DNA of 64,000 bases from Nemertoderma westbladi (taxonomy: Eukaryota; Animalia; Xenacoelomorpha): the NCBI GenBank assembly GCA_032718475.1, contig JAUCBJ010001578.1:6487-70486 (forward strand). Reading direction: 5' to 3'. A program made the position numbers and the translations under genes. Below are positions 27,401 to 41,445 of the stretch, piece by piece (within the stretch, counting starts at the first letter, position 1; each line of letters begins with the position of its first letter). Below the pieces are notes generated by a model. It saw only the letters and a list, made by a program, of their open reading frames with translations. It did not search any database and was not told the DNA's origin.

Positions 27401-27700
27401 GATAGGTTCGTTATCGGACCTACAGTAGTTGTGTATGCAAGGTTTTGGTTGCGAGGTACCTGTTGGTTGCCTAGCAACAGTGAAATAAATTCTAGAATGA
27501 CCGATCATAATCGTAGACTCAATCAAAATTCTGACGACACCCCATAGGGAGCATATATTGAACATAACATGCTTTCTGCAAAATTTCGCTTTATTTCGTT
27601 TAGAATTGTAGGCCTATAGAAGATACATTTCCTACAAAGAGTGTTTTTTTAACTTACTGTACAATATAGTATATATATACAATTGTATTGTATTGTATAT

Positions 27701-27945
27701 GTATATATTGTATTGTATACTGAACCTATATATTGTATTGTATACTGAACGTATATATTGTATTGTATACTGAACGTATATATTGTATTGTATACTGAAC
27801 GTATATATTGTATTGTATACTGAACGTATATATTGTATTGTATACTGAACGTATATATTGTATTGTATACTGAACGTATATATTGTATTGTATACTGAAC
27901 GTATATATTGTATTGTATACTGAACGTATATATTGTATTGTACAA
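27701..27945. repeat. 25 bp minisatellite, ~9-10 copies
   Basis: Unit gtatatattgtattgtatactgaac. Confidence 0.95.
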
Positions 27946-28524
27946 ACGTTACTTTGCTCAATGTTTCGTTTTTCGATATTAGGATGCTGCCCTGCATAGG
28001 TGCATAATGTATTACAAAAATATTGATAGCAATGGATTCGTCTATTTTTATTTCCAGCTCTCGTCGGCAAGCTTGTTTTATTGCATGTCAGCAAACCACC
28101 ACCCACCACACCTATCGGTCACAATGATAGGTAATCTATCAGCCCATATCCATAGCAGCCATACATAACATCTAAGGTCACGTGCATCTATGAGTTATGA
28201 GACAGGTTTATGATTCATGAACAGGGTTAAGGGAATTATACCAATTATAAACAATAAACATTCAGACATTCACCCCTGGATATTATCCTATACTTAATGC
28301 AAGCAGATATGGTGGAGTCGTATTGATTAAAGAACCTGATTGGTTATTAGGGTGGTTATTTACATTGGTCTGGCCTGTATCTCTATATGGGTATGTATAT
28401 ATATAATTCCTTTACCGTAGCTACAGTTGTGTAGGCTTAGCAGCATAGTTGTTATTTTATTTTGTGTTATCGAGTTTATCTGCAATATCCATTTATTTTA
28501 TATTTATTTGTTTTGGTCGAAGAC

Positions 28525-31500
28525 ATGGGGGAAGAACTTCCCGATATGAGTTTGGGACCATTAGTAAATGCAGCTATTGGAAGTTTCTTGTCAGGTATGT
28601 TAATAGATTATTGTTTAACACAGCAGATGTAGCCTTCACTTTGGTCCTTAAATATAATAATATCCACCAGATTGACTCATACCAGCATACAGTAGGCCTA
28701 GGCAATAAATAATTGTAATAGACATAGCCTACTTTACTGACTTATGTTGAGGCACATAGAGTAGGCTTTCATCAGTAAATTCAGTGCAATATATAGTCCA
28801 ACGGGCGTTTAATTGGGTTATCAGTAAACGGGCGTTCAGTTTAAAATGTTGATTCTAATAACTACAGTATAATAACGTAGTATTCGCGTTTTTTTTAAGA
28901 TTATGTATAGCACATTAGCACATACACGAAGTGGGGCCTTCGCGCAGCACGTGAAATGAGTTAATGCTAAGTATCAACTCGAAAGGATTATAAAAACATA
29001 GGAGAAGATTTTCCCGGAAAACGTTAACCCTCTAGCGGGAGACTGGGTAACTGAAGAAGGAAGGATTAGTTTCCCTACAAAGCCACAGCCTATGGTCTAT
29101 TACATATCTACCAAGTTTCCGATTGACGGATCATAAATAACGAAATGTTGGAAGGTTTTCACTTTCATACATTTAGCCCTCTAGCGGCATATTAAAGAAC
29201 TACGGATCGATCACCTTCCTCACAAAGACGAGGCATGTGGTCTAGTACATACCGGTACTGTATATTCCAAAATTCAGCTTAAATAGATTAAGATCAAGGA
29301 ATTCGCGAAGGTTATCACTTTCCTACATTTCGCCCTCTAGCGGCAGACTCGAAAACTCCGGACCGATTACTGTCCACACAAAGACTTAGGATGTCTTCTA
29401 GTACATATATGACAAGTTACAGCGTAATCAGATCATAAACAACTAAATGGAAGAATAATTTCACATTCGGGACATTTCGCCCTCTAGCGGCAGACTGGAG
29501 AACTGCAGACAGATTAGCCTCCTTTGAAATTTACAGCTAATGGTCTAGTACATACTTCCCAAGTTTCAGCTTAAACGGATTAAAAGCAAAGAAATGGGTG
29601 GCCATTTAATGTTTAGACATGTGGCCCTCTAGCGGGAGACTGGAAAACTTCGGACCGATTACAATCCACACAAAGACTCAGGATGTCATCTAGTACATAT
29701 ATGACAAGTTTCAGCGTAATCAGATCATAAACAACTAAATGGAAGAATAATTTCACATTCGGGACATTTCGCCCTCTAGCGGCAGACTGGAGAACTGCAG
29801 ACAGATTAGCCTCCTTTGAAATTTACAGCTAATGGTCTAGTACATACTTCCCAAGTTTCAGCTTAAACGGATTAAAAGCAAAGAAATGGGTGGCCATTTA
29901 ATGTTTAGACATGTGGCCCTCTAGCGGGAGACCATTGCACTGATGGTGTCTGAAAGTCTCTCAAAAATCTCAACTTTTGCTCATATTGATACCTACAAAT
30001 TTTCAACTTGGCAGCTTTAAATCCGACAAAGTTATTAGCATGTCAAAATCGTAACGACGACGACAACGACGACGACGACAACGACGACGACGACAACGAC
30101 GACGACGACGACGACGACAACTATTTGCATAAATTGACCCACCCCCTAACAGTGTCAATTCGCTAAGGCTCCGCCAACTTCGTGGCTCGCCCCACACTTA
30201 CTTAAGGTTAGCACAAGTGTAGTGATGTGTCGCACATAGAGTAGCCACGCGCATCACAAACAGGTACAGAATTTAATGTTCAAACTCTGAAGCTGGTGAT
30301 ATAAGATGCAATGCTTCAAACTGCCGTAGCTACGCGAATGTCTGAAAGATTTACCCAAAACGTACCCGAAAGTTACTGTACATTAATGACAAAACCAAAA
30401 CATAAATATGTATGAAATAAGGTAAACAGCGATTTATACTGTTTTTAATGAGGTTTCTTATATTTACATATATTTTGATAAACTATTTCATTGTCTGTTT
30501 ATTTATATTATAGGCCCCATAGTTGCCTACGTGGACCACGTAGAAGACGACGTGGCTGTGGTCACAAGAGATAATGTGGTGAAAGAAGTCCCCATCAGGG
30601 TATACACCTTACGAGATGGGGTCAACGAATGTTCATTGACAGTCTGGGAACCGTCCAAGTTCCCAGAGAGTAAACTAAATCTGCCGAAAGGCAGTGTAGT
30701 AGAAATTAGAAATCTAAAAGTGCGGCACTATCAAGGCCTGAATACCTTGTACAGCACCGCCCGGACCACAGGGAAGGTAAGTTGTATATTATTACATTAG
30801 TTAAGGATATATTAGTTACTGTATTACTATACTTCAGCAGTGTGAAACAAAGTGAGAATGTTACAAAGTTATCCTAAATCCGTCTCATACTTACACCGCC
30901 ACATAATGTAGATAACTAAACTGTATTAAAAATTTAATTTCCTGTGGGAATTCAATTTTTTCTCCACAATTTTAATAACTGATGGAGAAGTTCATTTTCT
31001 GTCGATCTAATTCATATTTAGGATATATACTCAATCGGCCTTTATTTATGTATTTAATTATGTTCTGTTATATTGTGAATCGCGCTTTGAACAATATATA
31101 TTATTATTCCCGATCCCTAAAACCTGTTTATCCCGAGAAGTCTGATCACTTTTAAACACTCCGCTGATTGTTATTAATATTATTTCAAAAAATTTATGTT
31201 TTAATATAGGAGGTAATAGCTACCACCACGGTGGTATCGGGGGTCCCTCTCCCCTACGAAGAGGAGATAATGGCAACCCCACCGCCACCTGCAACCCCAC
31301 CACCACCGGCATCCCCATCCTATTTGGGTACCTCCTCCCCATTTATACCGAGAGGATCGGGATCGGGATCTTCTCCCGCCCAAACGCCCCCACTAAAAAG
31401 GCTAATCGATAGCCAGGTTGGTGCGTGGGGGGCCGCGTTGGAGACCATGGACGATGCTGGGGAGGTTAGATTCGCAATACACATACAACGCCAGCGATAC

Positions 31501-31536
31501 TCCGGTGTTTCTTTGGCGTATTACTACATGCGGTAA
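28525..31536 (+). CDS. Three-exon OB-fold (RPA/SSB-like) protein with Pro-rich tail; exons 28525-28594, 30514-30776, 31210-31536
   Basis: GT-AG introns with matching phases (1, 0) give MGEELPDMSLGPLVNAAIGSFLS-GPIVAYVDHV...YTLRDGVNECSLTVWE...KGSVVEIRNLKVRHYQGLNTLYST...-EVIATTTVVSG...; the LxDxxxxxxLTVW and GxVVxIxNxKVxxYxG patterns are OB-fold-like. Confidence 0.65.
28924..30196 (+). mobile_element. Non-autonomous element family D (HINE-like) in intron 1 of the OB-fold gene
   Basis: Subterminal inverted repeat cacgaagt/acttcgtg, ~146 bp repeats, (GAC)n microsatellite at ~30053-30120; inverted near-identical copy at 46209-47758. Strand is nominal. Confidence 0.75.
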
Positions 31537-32130
31537 GACTTTACACCAGTCAACACTTTAGTTATTATGCGCTGCTGCTATTAAGCTTCTATTTTAGTTT
31601 TTATGGAAAAATAATTCATATGACTGTAAAAATAACTCAAACAGTAAGACTTTTATGTTATACTGTTAAATTTATATTGATAATGTGTACAGTATATATA
31701 ATATGTAAAGTACCGGTATGTGTAGCAAAGGGAGAATACCAATTCTATAAAATAACTGCAATGCAGCTATTTCTTATTTCTGGATTTATGATTATCCTTA
31801 ATTAATTTGTTATTAATTATTATTATCAAGTAAGTGATCATTTTGTACAATTTCCTCTACCATACCTCATTATAATCGCGCTACAAATCGCTTACAGTAT
31901 CTCTTTAAAAGCGTTAGAAAGTTGTATTATTATATCACGTTGTCTCTCTAACAAGAATAAATAATTAAAATATAATGAAATGTTGAGTCTTATCGACCGA
32001 GGCAGATTCACTGATACTGTATGTATGTAAGTACAGTATGTAATTCATTGATGGCAAAAATATAATATTATAATTCCCACTTTGATAAAAAAATAATATG
32101 CGAGATTATCAGCAAAAGTTACAAAAGTTA

Positions 32131-35100
32131 CTATAACAAAGCTTCATGGTAGACTACGTTCCTAGTTAGTCCACAGTCTGTTTTCTTTATGGCATACACA
32201 AGGTGTTGGGGGTTTCCAAACCTCGATGACGCCACATAGAGTTGGCCGTGGGCGAAACAAGGCTGCTTCAACCAAACGCCAACTACAGTTAGCGTTTGGC
32301 TTTGACCCTTGTTTATTGTCATTGAGAATAAGGCGACACGGACGGAAAATTGACGCCGCCGCCACTTGATTGGGATGTCTTCCTCGGTGGTGGTTAATTC
32401 TATTCGAGGGATGAGGACCTCATCTCCGGCTCCGGCGTGGCTACCTGTGATAATTGAAACAATAATTTCTAACTTTATTTTACTGCACGTGGATATTATT
32501 AATATCGTATAACATTGTGGATATTATTAATAATAGAACGCGACAACCCGGGGGGGGGGGGTAATATAGGCATTGCATTATTGATACCATTAAATACGGC
32601 TAAAAGTCGATTATAGCTGTTAAATTTTCTTGACAATGAAAAAATAAACAAAATTGTATTGTATTAAAAAATATAGTTAAACTAAACTTTTTACGTTAGA
32701 ACGATTTATTGGGTTAATGAAACCGTTTAGTGTGGGTTTTCGCTAAGTGCTAACAATAAATACGCAGAAAAAACATTACAAATTCGCTTATCATTTGTAT
32801 ATTTTAATTTTTAAGATTAATCATGAAAATAATGATAAATACCGGAAAGTTGTTAAATACAGCTAAAGTTTGTTACATTTACCTGAAGAAATAACACAGT
32901 GTAATAAATGGTTGGTGACATTCCTTAGGATTAGCCTTTGTACCATTACAAAGTCCTTGGCGTGGGTTCAAGTTCCTCAACAGCATGAGCACGATTCCAG
33001 GCTATGGAAAAAACAATTAATGGTAATTAAGCAGGATTGACTTCATCTGATACAACTTATTGCGGATACACTGTTACACAATGATATTTCAACCACACAA
33101 CTCACGTTTTAATAACTTAAGGGATGGAAAATGACCACAAAGATAAATACGGACGCAAAGCGGGAAAATGATAGAAATAAAATAGGAAATTAGTTTATTG
33201 TTTTGGTTAGAGACATTGCAACCTGTTCCTTTCCAATAGAAAGTGAGAAATTTACAAAACACGTAATTTAATAATTTTCGTGACTATTTGCCCTCTTACA
33301 GTACTCACTTTTATGACACAAGTGCACAATTTTAATATAAGAAAAGGCTTCGCCACAAGTATTTAACACATAAATCCTCGTTTTCCGCTAAGTCAATATA
33401 TTAACTCAGTGGGAATAATGAACATTTATTAATTTATTCAAGTCTTCTTAGCAGAGCCGAAGGAATTAGAGCTAAAGTTAAAAAATGTTAAATTCATATT
33501 GTTAAAACGTTTTCATATAGTAACAGAGTTTAAATGAATAAATAAAGAGCTTAGCTTATACCTTGAGGGTTAAGGTATGTGGAGGGAGACCAGCTGGTGT
33601 CAAACTGTTGAGAAATTCAACTGGGAATCTCGTGACGTCATCCGGGTTTTCAGTGGAATCTGCACTCAGTATGAAGCTCGCTTCGCCAGGAAGAAGAGCC
33701 GTTATGAAATTGTTAAGCATGTACGTACACTGCCTCATTCCTGGGCGCGAGAACAGCCCTCTCGGCAATCCAGTAAGCAACCGAGGGTGGACTCTCTATA
33801 GCCGAGGGGCACTTGTATAATAACTAATAATCACAAACCCCGTCCTCTTATAATATATAACTCTGTAGTAGTCAGTAGTAGTAGTAGTAATAGTAGTAGT
33901 AGTAGTAGTAGTAGAAGTAGTAAGTAATAGTAAAGGAGATCGGTTTAAACCAAAGTGATAAAGTAACATTATTATATAACATAATCATATAGACAAAGTA
34001 GAATAAGATACAGATTCATAATTATTTTATCAAACTCATGTACTACTTACTTCAATGTGCCAATTGTAATAATAATTAAACATATTATTCCGATTAATCT
34101 GCGTTTGGCCCTATAAGATATTATACTGACGTATTTTATATTATTATATCCATCCGAGTAAACAAGAAGTGAAGTAAATGTTTATTATTATAGTTTTAGA
34201 AATTGAATGATATACCCAAGATAGTGAAATAGATAATATACCAGAAATTGCCATTTGATCAGATATATCAAAGCGGCGTCTTTAGTATAATACCGTAATA
34301 GTATCAATTAACTCTGTTATACAATGTAAATATACTAAATCTATTTATAAATATATTATGAGCCCTACATTGTATATTTATCCTACAGGTAGACAATGTA
34401 GTATGTTAAAACTTGATATAATTTGGTATAATGTATAACATATTACAAATAAGACTGAGGCAGCTAAACTATATTGCAAAGAAATCAAATATCCTAAAGT
34501 AATATACTAGACCCTCCCTCCACCCTATAAATAGTGTTCACCATCTACCCCACCCACCGCCCTTATTACTTCATAATAATGAAAGATAGTACCGGCGCTC
34601 CGGTCACTCCGTTCCCTCCGCTGGGGGGGTTAAGTTGTAGGTTTTGACACTATGCAAAATCCGAGCACAGAGTTAGAAGCGCATTGGATAGGCGAACATT
34701 TCTTGCAGTGAAAGTATTTCCATACTTATTATAGTTTTCGAGATAGTCAGACATGAGTAGCAAAAATTTGAATTTTTTTGGTAAAGTCTGATTACACCGG
34801 TACCTGTCATCCGAAATATGGATTGTGATATATCGTTAGATGCGGGTCCACTAACTGTACATTCACATATTTTCAAGGAAAAAATTCGATCAAGGGTTTT
34901 CGAAATATTTTCGAATTACCGGAAGCAGACTTTGGACGACCATATCTCCGGTACCGGTAGGCCTATTGAGTCAAAAATTTTTTTAATCTACTTAGAACAC
35001 TCCAGTGAATGTTTTTTAGTTTGAAAGTTTTGCCCCAAAATGCTCAGAAGTAATTTCGAAAACACTGATCATTTTGCGATCATGATCTTTTGACCCCCTA

Positions 35101-37514
35101 GAATTGAACTTTTTTATGGTCAAATTTTGGCTACCCCCCCTAATTCGAGGGTGAGGAATCTTTTTGTAATGTTAAGTTTTTTCATACGGTGAACTCACAG
35201 GACTTGGTCTTCGAAATAAAACCGAAAACATGATCTTTCCTGATCATGGCCTGATCAAATCGCTTTTTGAAAATTTTGAAATGCTCAAAAGTTGCCCCTT
35301 CTTAATAGAAGTCGATTAGTAAAAAAAAAGTCGGGGGTCTCAAACAAAGTTTTCGAGAAAATCGGGAAAAACCGAAAAACACGATCTTTTATGATCAGGA
35401 AGCTGATCTCGAGAACTGGTTGCCCGATCGAGCCAATTTTTTTTTAATCAACTCAGAATAGACCATTGCACATTTCTTACAATGAATGTTTATTAGAAAA
35501 ATGCTTAGATTCGATTTTAAATATACTGATCTTTTCGCGATCATGATCTTGAGTTTTGACCCACTAGACTTGAACTTTTTTATGCCCAAATTTTGGCTAC
35601 CCCCCATAATTCGAGGGTGAGGAATCTTTTTGTGATGTTAAGTTTTTCCATACGGTGAACTCCCAGGACTTGGTCTTTGAAATAAAACCAAAAACACGAT
35701 CTTTTCTGATCGCGGCCTGATCAAATCGTTTTTTGAAAATTTCGAAATGCTCAAAAGTTGCCCCTTCACCATAGAAGTCGATTCGTAAAAAAAAATCGGG
35801 GGTCTCAAACAAAGTTTTCGAGAACATCCAAAAAAACTAAAAAATCTGATCTTTAATGATCAGGTATCAGATCTCGAGAACCAGTTGTCCGATCGAGCCA
35901 ATTTTTTTTTTAATCGACTCAGGGCGGTGTTCTGAACGTTTCCTACAGTAATTGTTTATATCCAAAATGCTTAGTTACGATTTTACGAAGTCCGATCTTT
36001 GCGCGATCATGATCTTGCGTTTTGACCGGGAAGAATTCACTTTTTTTAAAATCTTTTAACGGGAATCATGACTAATGTGGGGTCGCTGAATCTTTTTGTA
36101 ATGTTAAGTTTTTCGATTGGAGCAAGCCTTGAGTGTCCGATTGCTGATCAAAACTGATCTTTGCTGATCATGGTCAAGATCATGATCTGACACCTCCAAA
36201 AAAAGCTCCTTGAATGTAAACCCATATGCTGCCTATCGATTGGCGCCGGTCCCAACTCCGTAGCATTAGCCGTTTTGGCTGTAGCTCCATAGCAACGTGG
36301 TTGCTAGGGAAGCGGACTTTTTGACTCAAATTGGCCCTAGCCGGAGAACCGTAGACTTTTTTAACACATTATGTATGGCGAAAAGTCTTCTGGATAAATT
36401 TTGGGGGGGGGGGTCTAGGAACATCCTATTGTTCGTTTTCGCTTAGTTGCTGAGATCCTCTCGTCCCCCAAATCCCAGGATTCTATAAAGGCATTCTGCT
36501 GGACTAGTTCCGTGGCCGGAATAGTGTTCGGTGTTCTGCGAACAGAGAACCTAATCGGTTTAGGGCCCTGACCGTCCAGTCACTCCATTCGGCACCCGGG
36601 TGGTTGAATTTGACTACAATGTCAGGAAATATTAACCTGAAATGAACAAACATTGATAATGTAAATAGGTTATTGATGTGGAGGGAGGCGGGGGGGGGGG
36701 GGGGGGGGGGGGGGTTGTCAAACCTTCCAGGGGGATTAACAATGAGAAAAATAAATGCCAGCGATAACAAATATGAATTTCATAGAACAATTAAACAATT
36801 TTATAGGGATTAACAATATTGCGGTATGCGGAGAATGAGTACAGGATTTAAATGACAAAAGTTTTTAAGAGTTGATTTATAGGATTTAGGGTTATTATAT
36901 TTCGGAAAAAGTATTTTTGTGAATATGAATGAATAATATGGAAGGGGGTTTCAATAATTTTGAGCAAACTGTATTATTTGGTAGGAAATGTGTAAAATAA
37001 GCTGAAAAAATAGTGCTGTAATTGATAATTTATGGACAGCTTTGTGATAAAAAAAGCCAAGGGTTTTTGGCTTGTTGGTTTTGCCCAAAGTCTACGTCAA
37101 TAATATAATTAAATATTCATTATTGAGGTTAAAAATCTTGTTTTCGTGGCAGTTGGAACTCACTTTACGAATTCTTTGATTGATGATTTGTATTCATCTG
37201 GGGAGGAATCGTTGATATGAAACACCATATCGGATGGGAGCTCTATCCAATCAGGCTCTTCAACAATTGGGAGTTGCCCATTACTGTACCCAGTTGCTCC
37301 AGATATCTGTCGAAGGTTTGTAATGAGGGATTTCTCCCGACCCGCATATTCTCCGAGAGACTGTGCACTGTGAATTGCTCCCACAAAGGCGACTTGTGAA
37401 TTGATGCATCGGTAACTTTGGCTCTGGAACAAGATGAATTAGGAATATACATTTAACACACGGACTAAGACAAAAACTGAAAACGACATAAAATGACTTA
37501 CCAATGGGGCAAGG
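32131..37514 (-). pseudogene. Intron-containing Helitron RepHel Pif1 helicase, C-terminal half, frameshifted and interrupted; exons ~37164-37440, 36575-36636, 33562-33774, 32883-33001, 32131-32444
   Basis: SPLWEQFTVHSLSENMR; WIAERAVLAPRN; FPVEFLNSLTPAGLPPHTLTLK; LMLLRNLNPRQGLCNGTRL; LIPRI; MTINKGQSQTL..FAHGQLYVASSR..TRNVVYHEAL. Splice phases match at three introns. Confidence 0.88.
33775..36574. mobile_element. 2.8 kb composite insertion splitting a helicase exon, with (AGT)n and three ~465 bp internal repeats
   Basis: tccagt at 33769-33774 and 36575-36580; removal restores EWSDW-IAERAVLAPRN. gaatctttttgt.atgttaagttttt recurs at ~35156, ~35622, ~36088. Confidence 0.65.
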
Positions 37515-37516
37515 AC

Positions 37517-40308
37517 ATAAAAACCCCATCGAATTTGGACAAAGCGTTCCGGAGTTATAGTAGATCGAAAAAAATTGACCCCCCCCCCAGTCGCCAAAAA
37601 TTTACAGTAATTTAAAATTTTGCAAAAAAAATTTTTTGCGTTATTTTTGATGGCGAATCGATTGGCAGTACTGGCTACGAAAAATTTTTTTTTGAAATTT
37701 TTGGTCAGAAAAAAAAACATGGAAAAAGTATATTTTTAAAAGATTTGTCTTTGCCTATGGTCAGAGAATGATCCAACTCTGTAACTTGGCAATCGCTCAA
37801 ATCCATTCAGCTGAATGGCACAGTAGAGTAAACTAAAGTAAATTCCCTATACAATGTTCTGAAGGGGAGACTGACAGAGAGTAATCCAACAATAAAACAT
37901 TTTGCAATAATGTTGGCATTAATGTAGCCAACACACTGTGTACTTAAGTCATTCAGCTTACATTAGCAGAGGGAGAAACTTGGATACTCACTCCCCTAGA
38001 ATGCATTGGGAAGAGTTATTCAGCTGAGGCGATAATAGATTTCAAACTAAACCAACCAGTTAATATTTGCTTTGACAGAGTGTCCTAGGGCCTAAACAAA
38101 CAGTATGGGTGTACTGAGTACAATAATCTTGGCAACCTCATCGATTTATACTAAGCCTTGTGTAGAAATCCATTACATAAGCCATTTTTCATCACTACAC
38201 CAGCTGTTATTGGTGTTATTTTACCATTGCGCCTATGGCGTTTTTTCGTTTATGTCTATTTTTCGAGCCCACGGCTCATGGACGAAATAGGGGAACATAC
38301 CAGGGACCTTAGAATCGCGGTATCTAGCCGCTGTGAAAATTTCATCAAAATCGTTAGAGTAGTTTTGGCTGTAGATCAGCCAGCCAGCCAGTCAGCCACG
38401 AGCAATTCTTACAGTAATGAACCTCTCGGTTCCTAACTTGGCAACCTCATCGATTTATACTAAGCCTTGTGTAGAAATCCATTACATAAGCCATTTTTCA
38501 TCACTACACCAGCTGTTATTGGTGTTATTTTACCATTGCGCCTATGGCGTTTTTTCGTTTATGTCTATTTTTCGAGCCCACGGCTCATGGACGAAATAGG
38601 GGAACATACCAGGGACCTTAGAATCGCGGTATCTAGCCGCTGTGAAAATTTCATCAAAATCGTTAGAGTAGTTTTGGCTGTAGATCAGCCAGCCAGCCAG
38701 TCAGCCACGAGCAATTCTTACAGTAATGAACCTCTCGGTTCCTAACTAGTGACGGGCCTAGCGGCCCGATAAGGAACCGACTTTTTATTTTAAATAAAAG
38801 AGACAACGAGAATTAGTATAGATCTAATAATTATGTAAAAATACAATCATATTACATACAATAATTATTAATAAATTCGATCTATTATTAGTTGCTCAAT
38901 TCTAGAACAAAATCGACTTGCAACTAGTGAAGACCTCGTTTTGGAATTTCGAAACCACGCTGGTGCGATGCGCGATATCGTGTTTAGTTAATAAAGTGAA
39001 AACTCCATCAATTCATGTGCAACCAGTAATAAGAAATCGCGATAAATGTAATTTGAATAAAAATTATTCTAGAAAAATTTTCCTCAAAAAGTATGAAGTC
39101 TTGGCATTGGTGACGCGAAACTAGGCTAGTGAGATTCAGGATATTGCGTTTAATATAAAAATCGAAAACGCTATCGAATTCCGTAAAGGCGTTAATAAAA
39201 TACTGCAACTTTTTTGAAATTTGTAAAATTCTAGAACTAGAAAAAATTAATTTTTGAACGGCGCTGTTTGGGGTTTCGAAACATGGATAGGCTGAAAGAG
39301 GACATCGAATTAAGTTGAAAAATGAAAACCCCATCGAATTTGGACAAAGCGTTCCGGAGTTATAGCGGATCGAAAAAAATTGACCCCCCCCAGTCGCCAA
39401 AAATTTACAGTAATTTAAAATTTTGCAAAAAAAATTTTTTGCGTTATTTTTGATGGCAAATCGATTGACAGTACTGGCTGTGAAAAATTTTTTTTGAAAT
39501 TTTTGGTCAGAAAAAAAAACATGGAAAAAGTATCTTTTTAAAGATTTGATGTCTTTGCCTATGGTCAGAGAATGATCCAACTCTGTAACTTGGCAATCGC
39601 TCAAATCCATTCTGCTGAATGGCACAGTAGAGTAAACTAAAGTAAATTCCCTATACAATGTTCTGAAGGGGTGACTGACAGAGTAATCCAACAATAAAAC
39701 CTTTTGCAATAATGTTGGCATTAATGTAGCCAACTCACTGTGTACGTAACAGTCATTCAGCTTACATTAGCAGAGTGAGATATTTCCATAGATTGCATTG
39801 GGAAGAGTAATTCAGCTGAGGCGATATTAGATTTCAAACTAAACCAACCAGTTAATATTTGCTTTGACAGAGTGTCCTAGGGCCTAAACAAACAGTATGG
39901 GTGTACTAAGTACAATAATCTTGGCAACCTCATCGATTTATACTAAGCCTTGTGTAGAAATCCATTACATAAGCCATTTTTCATCACGAAACCAGCTGTT
40001 ATTGGTGTTATTTTACCATTGCGCCTATGGCGTTTTTTCGTTTATGTCTATTTTTCGAGCCCATGGCTCATGGACGAAATAGCGGAACATACAAGGGACC
40101 TTAGAATCGCCGTATCTAGCCGCCGTGAAAATTTCATCAAAATCGTTAGAGTAGTTTTGGCTGTAGATCAGTCAGTCAGTCAGTCAGCCAGCCAGCCAGC
40201 CAGTCTCGAGCAATTCTTACAGTAATGAACCTCTCGGTTCCTAACTAGTGACGGGCCTAGCGGCCCGATAAGGAACCGACTTTTTATTTCAAATAAAAGA
40301 GACAACGA
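37517..40308 (-). mobile_element. Tandem DINE-1/HINE-like family C: partial copy, 309 bp duplication (38437-38745), full ~1.5 kb unit (38746-40244), start of another
   Basis: SubTIR aggaaccga/tcggttcct, (CAGC/CAGT)n microsatellite near one end, hairpin gggcc-tagc-ggccc next to CTAG at the other. Confidence 0.75.
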
Positions 40309-40692
40309 TTGGCTCGGTTCGGCTCGATTGGTCTCGACCATGGCCTACTTAAATATAATATTTAAGTAGGCCATGGCTCGACTCGATTGGGATCGACTCG
40401 GCTCGGTCCGACTCGATTCGGTTAAATAGGCTCGATTCGGCTCGGTCTGGCTCAATTGGGCTCGACTCGGCTGAATCTGCTCGACTTGGCTTGACTCGGC
40501 TCGATTGGGCGCGACTCTGATCGATTGGGCTCAACTCGGCTCGGTCCGGTTCAATTGGGCTCGACAAGGCTTGATTGGACTCGACTCGACTCATTGGGCT
40601 ATTCGGCTCGGTCTGGCTCGACTCGGCTCGATTGGGCTCATCCGGCTTGATTGGGCTCGACTCGGCTTGATAAGTTCTATTCGGCTCGATCA
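40309..40692. repeat. Degenerate pentamer repeat (GGCTC/GACTC/GATTG)
   Basis: ctcggctcgattgggctcgactcgg pattern throughout. Confidence 0.85.
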
Positions 40693-40709
40693 ATATGATT
40701 CAGTATGTC

Positions 40710-41445
40710 GTTTCCAGGATCTAAGTTTGTGCTTAGGATCTAAGTTCGTTTCCAGGATCTAAGTTCGCATCTACGATTTAAGTTCGTGTATAGGGTCTAT
40801 GTTCACATCTACAGTAGTATCCGAGATCGTGTTGCTTCCAAGATCTAAGTTCGCTTCCAGAATCTAAGATCATATATAGGATATAAGTTTGCTTCCAGGA
40901 TCTAAGTTCATATCTAGGATCTAAGTTCGCTTTCAGGATCTAAGTTCATATCTAGGATCTAAGTTCCCTTCCAGGATCTAAGTTCACATCTAAGATCTGT
41001 TAGCTTTCAGAATCTAATCTAGTTTTAAGTTCGCTTCCAGGATCTATGTTCACATCTAGGATCTATGTTCACGTTGCTTTCGGATCTAAGTTCGTATCTA
41101 GGATCTAAGTTCGCTTCCAGGATCTAAGTTCGCTTCCAGGATCTACGTTCGCTTCCAAGATCTAAGTTAATATCTAGGATCTAAGTTCGCTTTCAGGATC
41201 TAAGGTCATATCTAGGATCTAAGTTCGCTTCCAGGATCTAAGTTCACATCTAAGATCTGTTAGCTTTCAGGATCTAATCTAGTTTTAAGTTCGCTTCCAG
41301 GATCTATGTTCACATCTAGGATCTATGTTCACGTTGCTTTCGGATCTAAGTTCGTATCTAGGATGCTCGCTTCCAGGATCTAAGTTTGGATCTAGGATCT
41401 AATTTCACACACTTCCAGGGTCTAAGTTCGTGTCTAGGATCTAAA
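40710..41445. repeat. ~19 bp minisatellite with ~260 bp higher-order duplication
   Basis: Unit aggatctaagttcgcttcc / aggatctaagttcatatct; cacatctaagatctgttagc at ~40985 and ~41245. Confidence 0.9.

Noticed and set aside
27632-28109. ORFs with YNTIYTFSIQ repeats
   Set aside because: Translation of the 25 bp minisatellite.
40349-40762. AESSPIEP repeat protein
   Set aside because: Translation of the pentamer repeat.
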